DNA of 64,000 bases, from IMG/VR virus record IMGVR_UViG_3300024262_000018, positions 32,001 through 96,000 of that record, one strand, 5' to 3'. The first letter of the stretch is position 1. Every line of letters begins with the position of its first letter. Under the pieces are notes generated by a model. It did not search any database. It was not told the DNA's origin and worked only from the letters and a program-made list of their open reading frames with translations. A program made the position numbers and the translations under genes. This stretch comes from a virus. Below are positions 57,716-64,000 of the stretch, in pieces.

Positions 57716-58015
57716 TTATAATCCGAGATTCTCATATTCCCATATAACTGAAGAAAGTTTATTATATGCTTTATGAGGACTTAATACTTCTGATAACAAT
57801 AGACTTTTAGCTCGCTGTACGAAATTATTTATTTTTTCAGAAACAGACAGGCTTTCATCATATTTTGATAAATAATTTTTAAGAACAGGAAGTAGTGAAT
57901 CAATAGTCCCCATATCTCCTTTGTCAGAAGCTTTTGTTATACTCTCCATTACACTGCAAATCCAGCGTTCTTGCGATGAAAGTGTTTCTTTGTTTTTTGT
58001 ATACCAATTTGTCAT
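57716..58015 (-). CDS. hypothetical protein
   Basis: 99 aa, starts MTNWYTK. Confidence 0.55.
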   Translation of the reverse strand: MTNWYTKNKETLSSQERWICSVMESITKASDKGDMGTIDSLLPVLKNYLSKYDESLSVSEKINNFVQRAKSLLLSEVLSPHKAYNKLSSVIWEYENLGL

Positions 58016-58058
58016 TATATACCTATACTAAAACGGTCTAATATATCCTATAATAAAA

Positions 58059-59087
58059 TTAGATATCTAAACAAAAACAAGAGACATCGAATTTATTTTC
58101 TAATATCTCTATAATTTCAAGTTGAGAATTTTTATTCCTTGTTAAAATTTGAGCAGAACCATCTCCTTGACTGCCTACTCCTTTTGCTCCATACATTAAA
58201 TCTTGTATTGAAGACTCATATAAAATAGAATGCAATTTAGGGGCTATAAGTTCTTTTGGACAATAAGAAGTTAAATATTGATCAAAATTATATTGAGATT
58301 GTTTCATTAAACTTCCTAATGTTTTAAAATCTCCGATTTTCAGGCATTTTACCGCAGACATTACGATTTTTTTATTTTCTATTCCTAAAACGCTTTGTTT
58401 TTTATAATCTTCATTTTCGATAGCAAATGGATATCCTTTATTGAGAGCAGACAGGATTCTGGGAGTGTTCTTTGACGCGTGCAAATCTACGATTATTATA
58501 AATAAATTATTTTTAATTTGTAGCGGTACGCTTTTTAATTCGTCCCCATCAAAAATCAGCAAAGTTGGTTTATTATAGGCGCACGACTGATCCATTTTTC
58601 CGCATCTAGAAGGCGTTGTGATTTCTCCTAAATAAGCCATTTCCATTTCTTGAGGAATCGTCCATCCTAAATTAAATAATGCGTTGTACGCCCTTGTGAC
58701 AAGCACACAAATAGAAGCAGAGCTAGAGAGTCCCTTTTTAATAGGAAGTGTAGAATTATAATTATCAATTTCTATTCCTGGCATATCTTTTTGGGTAAGA
58801 GATATTTGATATAGAGTTCCAGCAATATAATTATAAAAATCAGTAGATTTGGCTAGTTCTAGCAACTTATGAGGATCTAAGTCTATTTCTTTTATTAAAT
58901 TATCTTTTAAAATGAATCTACAGACTTTTTTGCGGATTTTTTTTACTCTTGCATAATTGCCTTGATTTGTAGGGCAGACAATTGCATAGCCTTTTTCTAA
59001 TTTTGAATTTTGACGACGATAACCGCCAGCCCAATCGCTATGTTCACCTAATAGACATAATCTTCCGGGAACGAATAATTCAATCAT
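58059..59087 (-). CDS. GHMP-family sugar kinase
   Basis: PGRLCLLGEHSD, PIKKGLSSSAS, CGKMDQ, GAKGVGSQGDG. Confidence 0.9.
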   Translation of the reverse strand: MIELFVPGRLCLLGEHSDWAGGYRRQNSKLEKGYAIVCPTNQGNYARVKKIRKKVCRFILKDNLIKEIDLDPHKLLELAKSTDFYNYIAGTLYQISLTQKDMPGIEIDNYNSTLPIKKGLSSSASICVLVTRAYNALFNLGWTIPQEMEMAYLGEITTPSRCGKMDQSCAYNKPTLLIFDGDELKSVPLQIKNNLFIIIVDLHASKNTPRILSALNKGYPFAIENEDYKKQSVLGIENKKIVMSAVKCLKIGDFKTLGSLMKQSQYNFDQYLTSYCPKELIAPKLHSILYESSIQDLMYGAKGVGSQGDGSAQILTRNKNSQLEIIEILENKFDVSCFCLDI

Positions 59088-59163
59088 ATAATGCCTCTTT
59101 TATAAAGGATATCGCCAGACAAATAATAAACTATTAAATGTACACTTATTTATGGATTAAAAA

Positions 59164-59445
59164 ATGAACTGGTTTAATAAATTCTCACAACAACAATTCT
59201 CTCTTTTTGACGAGAAATCCTCTAAAGAAAAGCCAAAACCACAAGTTTCTATTTGGGGGCTAAGTCCGTCTGGAACTCTAACAGTAATAATAAACGGTAA
59301 GCAATACGAATATTATAATGTAACACCTCACGAAGAAAGTCAACTTAATAGTCTATTAAAACATAAAAATTATTCTAAGTTTTTTGCGATAATAAAACAA
59401 CTAAGTGGAAGAGACATGAAAGAACCTTTTAAAAGAACATTATAG
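59164..59445 (+). CDS. KTSC-like domain protein
   Basis: GTLTVIINGKQYEYYNVTP...SKFF..IK. Confidence 0.5.
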   Translation: MNWFNKFSQQQFSLFDEKSSKEKPKPQVSIWGLSPSGTLTVIINGKQYEYYNVTPHEESQLNSLLKHKNYSKFFAIIKQLSGRDMKEPFKRTL

Positions 59446-59461
59446 GACAAAAGAAAAAACT

Positions 59462-60181
59462 ATGATAAAGAATCTATTTCCATTATTAATTATTTTATTA
59501 ATGACTTGTTCACTTACGGTCCAAAAAGCGGGCGGTGCCTGAGCGGGTAGCGGCTGTGGACCCACGGGTGGTTCAACTCCAGTAAAACCGACTCCAGCTA
59601 GTTGTGCGGCCACATTCACAGGATGGAATATCGGTACTAATAATTCTGCTCCTACTGTTCTTCTAAATGCGGTTCCAAATAAAATGTCATCTATCGCAAG
59701 CTTTATAGCAAGCAATATTGACGATGAAAAAGCGAAGAAGGGAATACTTAATCCTATTCCGACTATTAATGAATTAGTCCCGATTTTAAAAATTGGCGAT
59801 AAAATTAAAATAGATTTTGTATATGTTGGAAAACGATACTGGATAAATAGAGTAACGCTTCTGAATAAAAAGTCTTCTATCTATGATGATGCAAATAGCA
59901 GCAGCATATCATTTAAAACAGATAGTATTAGATTAGTTAAAAATAATACAAGACATGCTTTAAGAGTTACAAGAGGCACGCTATCATGGATGTTTTTGGT
60001 TCCATCTATAACGAAAACCGATACTAAAACAGGAAAGACTACTGAGATAAGCGACCCTAATATCTTGGCTAAAATTAAACAATTTAAAACAGGAGAGAAT
60101 GTTTTTATCGATTACGAGACGGTAAAATATACTTTTATTTTAAAAGATATTCGTCCGGTAAAAACAAAATCAAAAAAATGA
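59462..60181 (+). CDS. secreted protein with in-frame TGA at codon 27 (candidate selenoprotein)
   Basis: signal peptide MIKNLFPLLIILLMTCSLTVQKAGGA, TGA 59540-59542, then open and in frame with track ORF 59684..60181. Confidence 0.6.
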
Positions 60182-60948
60182 AAATATTATTACTTATATT
60201 CGTTCTCTTGTTAGGTTGTGACAAAACAAATAATATGTTTTATTATTACAATGGAGAATCTCCATCATTACCAATAGTGAGGAAAATAAGTAATTCTACA
60301 GTAGACATATATGATTATAAGAACGCAGGAACAGGTACAATACTAAAAAAAACAAAAGAACATGCCTATATCCTTACTTGTGCTCATGTAATAGCAAACA
60401 GAAAGAGAAAACACACTCCTATATTCGATTTTAAGGCGTTAGGCCAATATAATATAACCCCGAAAACAACTTTTCTTGAATCCATTATTAAACCTCTTTT
60501 AGTAAAACAAACTAAATGGGTAGATGGACTGCCAATAACTTACTCACATAGTGCTGATATATTTTTTCTAGATAGGTCGGTCGATATCTGTATCCTCAGA
60601 ATAAATGGAAAAATTTATGGAGAAGAGATATCTCCATATAATAATAGTACAGTCGTTCCAACAGGAACAGAAGTTTATCATGTCGGTAATCTTTTTGGAA
60701 GTTTAAATTATTCTGTGACATCAGGGATTATTTCTCATAATTCTCGCGGATTATTTGGAGAAAGAATACAAGTAGATATAGATGTTACATTTGGTTCTAG
60801 TGGCGGCGGCATTTTTACAAAAGATAAAGGCGAATATGTCGGGATGGTGACCGAAAAAGCCACAAGGGATAGTAGTATTGCTATTATTATTCCTATTAAA
60901 AAGATAATAAAATGGCTCGAAGTTTACAGCGTCGAAAGAAATTTTTAA
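60178..60948 (+). CDS. trypsin-like serine protease, probable lipoprotein
   Basis: LLGC lipobox, ILTCAHV, DICIL, GSSGGG. Confidence 0.85.
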   Translation: MKILLLIFVLLLGCDKTNNMFYYYNGESPSLPIVRKISNSTVDIYDYKNAGTGTILKKTKEHAYILTCAHVIANRKRKHTPIFDFKALGQYNITPKTTFLESIIKPLLVKQTKWVDGLPITYSHSADIFFLDRSVDICILRINGKIYGEEISPYNNSTVVPTGTEVYHVGNLFGSLNYSVTSGIISHNSRGLFGERIQVDIDVTFGSSGGGIFTKDKGEYVGMVTEKATRDSSIAIIIPIKKIIKWLEVYSVERNF

Positions 60949-60956
60949 TTTTGTTG

Positions 60957-60985
60957 TTGCTTTTTTACGTTCTCCTGCCTATAAT
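60957..60985 (+). promoter_or_regulatory. sigma70-type promoter of tRNA array 2
   Basis: TTGCTT-17 bp-TATAAT. Confidence 0.75.
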
Positions 60986-61014
60986 CTTGTGAACAGCGAT
61001 AAAGGCTAAGTTTT

Positions 61015-61122
61015 ATGAATAACATTCAAAACAACTCAACTCAGAACAACGGGACTCTCGTCCTGTCGTCCCTTTATTGTTTATCTGGGCACTCTTTGTC
61101 CCTCGGCTATTATAGTCTATAA
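61015..61122 (+). CDS. putative attenuator leader peptide MNNIQNNSTQNNGTLVLSSLYCLSGHSLSLGYYSL
   Basis: 16 of last 21 residues are L/S/Y; all six Leu codons used; downstream tRNAs are Tyr, Leu x3, Ser x3. Confidence 0.75.
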   Translation: MNNIQNNSTQNNGTLVLSSLYCLSGHSLSLGYYSL

Positions 61123-61179
61123 GACTAGCTTGAGCCGGACACAAAACTCTCTTTTTATTCCCGGCTCGGGTCATTTTTT
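61102..61179 (+). terminator. attenuator: antiterminator/terminator pair
   Basis: 61102-61109 pairs with 61126-61134; alternatively 61128-61138 pairs with 61161-61171 (11 bp) followed by CATTTTTT. Confidence 0.7.
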
Positions 61180-61201
61180 GAAAAATTAATATGAGTTCTA
61201 T

Positions 61202-61285
61202 GGGTTGGTTGAGCAACTGGACGCTCTGGCGACTGTAACTCGTCCGTCCGAAAGGACATTGCAGGTTCGAGTCCTGTCCAACCCG
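61202..61285 (+). tRNA. tRNA-Tyr(GTA)
   Basis: GGGTTGG/CCAACCC, loop CTGTAAC, V-arm. Confidence 0.9.
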
Positions 61286-61292
61286 GTGATAT

Positions 61293-61382
61293 ACCCTTGT
61301 AGCAGAATTGGCTTATGCGATTGACTTAAAATCAATTGAGGAGTATAAACTCCTCGTGTGGGTTCGACCCCCGCCAAGGGTA
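61293..61382 (+). tRNA. tRNA-Leu(TAA)
   Basis: ACCCTTG/CAAGGGT, ATTGA-CTTAAAA-TCAAT, long V-arm, A73. Confidence 0.9.
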
Positions 61383-61388
61383 TTACTT

Positions 61389-61476
61389 GCTCCTGTGGCG
61401 TAATTAGCAGCCGCGCTAGGTTTAGACCCTAGTGGGAATATCAAATCCCGTGCTGGTGCAACTCCAGTCAGGAGTA
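61389..61476 (+). tRNA. tRNA-Leu(TAG)
   Basis: GCTCCTG/CAGGAGT, CTAGG-TTTAGAC-CCTAG. Confidence 0.9.
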
Positions 61477-61483
61477 CTTATCT

Positions 61484-61569
61484 GCCCCTTTGGTGTAATT
61501 GGAAGCCACGATAGTTTCAAGAACTATTGCACTTTAACGTGCGTCTCGGTTCGAGTCCGGGAAGGGGCA
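61484..61569 (+). tRNA. tRNA-Leu(CAA)
   Basis: GCCCCTT/AAGGGGC, ATAGT-TTCAAGA-ACTAT. Confidence 0.9.
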
Positions 61570-61613
61570 TTTATATATTTTTCGCGCAAAATTATTTTCA
61601 AAGTGTAAAACAG

Positions 61614-61698
61614 GGAAAGTAAAGTTCATAGGTTGAGCCACCGTCTGCTAAATGGTTGGAGTGAGAAATCGCTTGTGTTTCGATTACACTGCTTTCCG
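61614..61698 (+). tRNA. tRNA-Ser(GCT)
   Basis: GGAAAGT/GCTTTCC, loop CTGCTAA, V-arm, G73. Confidence 0.85.
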
Positions 61699-61714
61699 TT
61701 AATTAGGAAATAAA

Positions 61715-62296
61715 ATGAAAAAAGAACATTTTGATTATGGTTCCTATAAGAAATATATAAACCGCCAAACTAAGCTAGCCTCTCAAACAGTTTTCAAAAC
61801 TCTTAGAGATAAGAAGTTTATCGAAGAAAGAGTTAAAGATCTCCTATCTCTTTATCCTAATTATAAAAATGTTTTATGCTTAGGATCTAGACATCCAGTA
61901 GAAGTGGAAGCGTTTTTAACTGCTGGTTGTTCTGCTATAGGTATTGATCTTTTTGAAACGCTACCACATATTATAAAATGCGATATGGCGAAGATGTATG
62001 AAAACTCAATACTTCGAAAAAGAAAACCATTTGATATCATATATATGAGCCATTCTTTAGAACATTGTTTAAATATCGAAGGGCTATTACAAGGAATTCA
62101 ATGGAGTAATGCGACAGTCTTATATATAAGAGTTCCTATAAAGAATAAACCTGAAAAATGGGATTGCACATTATTAGAATTTATGCTTCCAGATGGTAAT
62201 CCCAATACGATAGAAGAATTATTTACCGGATGGACTCTTAAGGAGTTTACTCCGCTAAGTAATGAAAAGATTTTTATTTTAGAAAAGAGGAAATAA
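61715..62296 (+). CDS. class I SAM-dependent methyltransferase
   Basis: VLCLGSR..GIDL..CD..FDIIYMSHSLEH. Confidence 0.8.
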   Translation: MKKEHFDYGSYKKYINRQTKLASQTVFKTLRDKKFIEERVKDLLSLYPNYKNVLCLGSRHPVEVEAFLTAGCSAIGIDLFETLPHIIKCDMAKMYENSILRKRKPFDIIYMSHSLEHCLNIEGLLQGIQWSNATVLYIRVPIKNKPEKWDCTLLEFMLPDGNPNTIEELFTGWTLKEFTPLSNEKIFILEKRK

Positions 62297-62297
62297 A

Positions 62298-62609
62298 ATG
62301 TCAGCATATTTTGTAGATTTAGATGGAACATTGTTTGAGTTTGGCACAGATATCTTCTTGCCAGGGACTAAAGAGTTTTTAGAGTTTATTAAAGAAAACA
62401 ATCATCAACTTATACTAACAACTAGAAGGGGCGATTGGAGTGGGGTTTTTTCAAAAGAAAGCACTTTAAAAGCCCTTAAAGATCATGGTATAGAATATCA
62501 TAGTATTATTTTTGGAGTTGATAGTCCTAGAATTGTTGTGAATGACGACGGATGCTCAGCTATTAATGTTATAACTAATATTGGTATGGAGAAAAAAGAT
62601 TATGAATGA
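62298..62609 (+). CDS. small HAD-superfamily phosphatase
   Basis: FVDLDGTL, LTTRR, VNDD. Confidence 0.8.
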   Translation: MSAYFVDLDGTLFEFGTDIFLPGTKEFLEFIKENNHQLILTTRRGDWSGVFSKESTLKALKDHGIEYHSIIFGVDSPRIVVNDDGCSAINVITNIGMEKKDYE

Positions 62610-62817
62610 GATTAAAATTGAATTTAAATCAAAGAGATATGGAGATACATTAGATGTCGGATATGGATATTCCAATAGCGAGGTTTTTGAAGGAGAGTTA
62701 AAAGAAGTTATTCGCAGGCTAGTTGACATAGACAAAAAATGTTATAAATATAATAAAGTAAATGTTTCTGTTGACCTTGTGGACGGGTATATAGAATTTA
62801 TTGGAATTAAAAATTAA
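62602..62817 (+). CDS. hypothetical protein
   Basis: likely start MNEIK. Confidence 0.5.
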   Translation: MNEIKIEFKSKRYGDTLDVGYGYSNSEVFEGELKEVIRRLVDIDKKCYKYNKVNVSVDLVDGYIEFIGIKN

Positions 62818-62825
62818 TAATAACT

Positions 62826-62911
62826 GGATGAACTGGACATCGGTGAGTCCACTTGTTTTGAAAACAAGCAGGCCCGAAAAGGTCTTGGGGGTTCGAATCC
62901 CTCTTCATCCG
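62826..62911 (+). tRNA. tRNA-Ser(TGA)
   Basis: GGATGAA/TTCATCC, CTTGT-TTTGAAA-ACAAG, V-arm, G73. Confidence 0.9.
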
Positions 62912-62915
62912 GTAT

Positions 62916-63002
62916 GGAAGAACTGGGTATTTAGCGAACCCACTCGTCTCGAAAACGAGCAAGCCTGAAAGGGTTTTGAAAGTGCGAATCTTTCTTCTTC
63001 CG
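62916..63002 (+). tRNA. tRNA-Ser(CGA)
   Basis: GGAAGAA/TTCTTCC, CTCGT-CTCGAAA-ACGAG, V-arm, G73. Confidence 0.9.
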
Positions 63003-63087
63003 TTTAATTAATAAAATATAAAAATATTGAGTTGTGGCGTTTAAAAAGTTATAAAGAGGTATAAAACTTTGATGTAGGAGAAAAACT

Positions 63088-64000
63088 ATGACACCGCTTT
63101 TTGATCAATTAGAACCACGATTACTGTTGGATGGCACTTTTCCCGGCGACCTCAACCTTGATGGTTATGTCAATATGGAAGATCGTACTGAGGTTCATTC
63201 TGCTGCGGACTACATCGCGTGGAAGCGTAATATCGGCAAGACCGAGACAATCTCTCTGCTGGAAACGGTTCCCGGTGAGATACTTGTACAGGGGACGAAT
63301 CATGCCGATACGATTTTTATAACGAACATTGGTGGTCGTGTTCAGGTTAATGGACAAAACGCGGCAGGGGACGGAACCGTTGTTATCCTCGGCGGGAGTG
63401 GTGACGATATCATCTCGGTAGTCGGTCGTGATGCGATTGTAGATGCGGGTTCGGGTCGGGACATCGTTTGGTGTACTGACCCAGATACGGTTACAGATGC
63501 CGAAATCGTGCATGTATGCCCGAATTGGCTTCTTGACGGCACACCACTTCCTGAGATTGCTGGAGTAGAGTCAGGACAGAGTACTGATCTTTCGCATATA
63601 CCGCTGTTTCCGCATGCTCCAGTGTACACTGATGTACAGCAAGGCATGTTGAATACTGGTTGGTTATTAGCGGCCTGTTCCTCTATTACGAAACAGCATC
63701 CCACGTGGTTAAGAGACAACCTTGTCGCATTCGGCGACAGTACCTACGGTGTAGCTTTTGCAGACGAGATTGTCCGGGTTGATGCCTCGTTCTGGATTTA
63801 CCAGTCTGCTGTGGTTGAGGATAAAGGTCCACTGTGGCCCGTTGTTGTTGAAAAAGCCTATGCGAGTAGTTTGGTTGGGGGGTATGATGCTTTAGAAAAT
63901 TGTAAACCAGAAGATGCTATCGAGAAATTACTCGGCTGTAATTCCAGTCTTGTTGCGGGCGATTTCTTTGATTCAGCAGTAACTGCTTTGAAAGCAAAAA
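63088..64000 (+). CDS. LEPRxLL / dockerin-like / calpain(C2)-like protein, truncated by window edge
   Basis: AGGAG SD; FDQLEPRLLL, GDLNLDGYVNMED, GGSGDDII, DVQQGMLNTGWLLAA, LWPVVVEKAYA; open to end; not in ORF track. Confidence 0.8.
   Translation, partial: MTPLFDQLEPRLLLDGTFPGDLNLDGYVNMEDRTEVHSAADYIAWKRNIGKTETISLLETVPGEILVQGTNHADTIFITNIGGRVQVNGQNAAGDGTVVILGGSGDDIISVVGRDAIVDAGSGRDIVWCTDPDTVTDAEIVHVCPNWLLDGTPLPEIAGVESGQSTDLSHIPLFPHAPVYTDVQQGMLNTGWLLAACSSITKQHPTWLRDNLVAFGDSTYGVAFADEIVRVDASFWIYQSAVVEDKGPLWPVVVEKAYASSLVGGYDALENCKPEDAIEKLLGCNSSLVAGDFFDSAVTALKAK

Noticed and set aside
59440-59715. Minus-strand 91-aa ORF
   Set aside because: Antisense shadow of the plus-strand signal-peptide/TGA extension, which fits operon direction
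62826-62911. tRNA-Sec to partner the TGA gene
   Set aside because: Anticodon is TGA (Ser), not TCA, with a standard 7-bp acceptor stem
63121-63719. Track ORFs 63121..63513(-), 63131..63322(+), 63342..63719(-)
   Set aside because: Shadows of the long plus-strand ORF from 63088, which lacks a stop inside the window
1-64000. Genome-wide stop-codon reassignment (code 15 or 4) suggested by the CTA tRNA and in-frame TAG/TGA
   Set aside because: Long genes are intact under code 11 and many end properly at TAG (16541, 37221, 53339) or TGA; only single, specific in-frame stops were found

Overview
AT-rich, gene-dense segment of a jumbo (huge) dsDNA tailed phage. The host is probably a planctomycete, inferred from a captured LEPRxLL/dockerin-like gene at the right edge. 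1-15.2 kb (minus strand) is a head/packaging module with the terminase large subunit, WYL, DUF192, 2H-phosphoesterase and nucleotidyltransferase genes. From 15.3 kb most genes are on the plus strand: 15 intact tRNA genes (two arrays plus one amber suppressor), homing endonucleases (HNH, GIY-YIG, LAGLIDADG), MazG, NADAR, macrodomain, a glycosyltransferase cluster, a nicotinamidase + vWA/PP2C/kinase (TerY-P-like) operon, an intein-containing SNF2 helicase, a FliA-like sigma factor, a class II RNR with a Pro-initiated class 3 intein, dUTPase and proteases. The most striking signals are translation-sensing elements missing from the ORF track. (1) Each tRNA array has a sigma70 promoter, a short leader peptide rich in exactly the amino acids of the downstream tRNAs (D/A/P/Q before Pro-Ala-Asp-Gln; L/S/Y before Tyr-Leu-Ser) and mutually exclusive hairpins, i.e. 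candidate tRNA-supply attenuators. (2) An amber-suppressor tRNA sits directly upstream of a Pth2 gene with TAG at codon 3. (3) A secreted protein has an in-frame TGA followed by a SECIS-like hairpin. All calls are from manual reading; no searches or folding programs were run.
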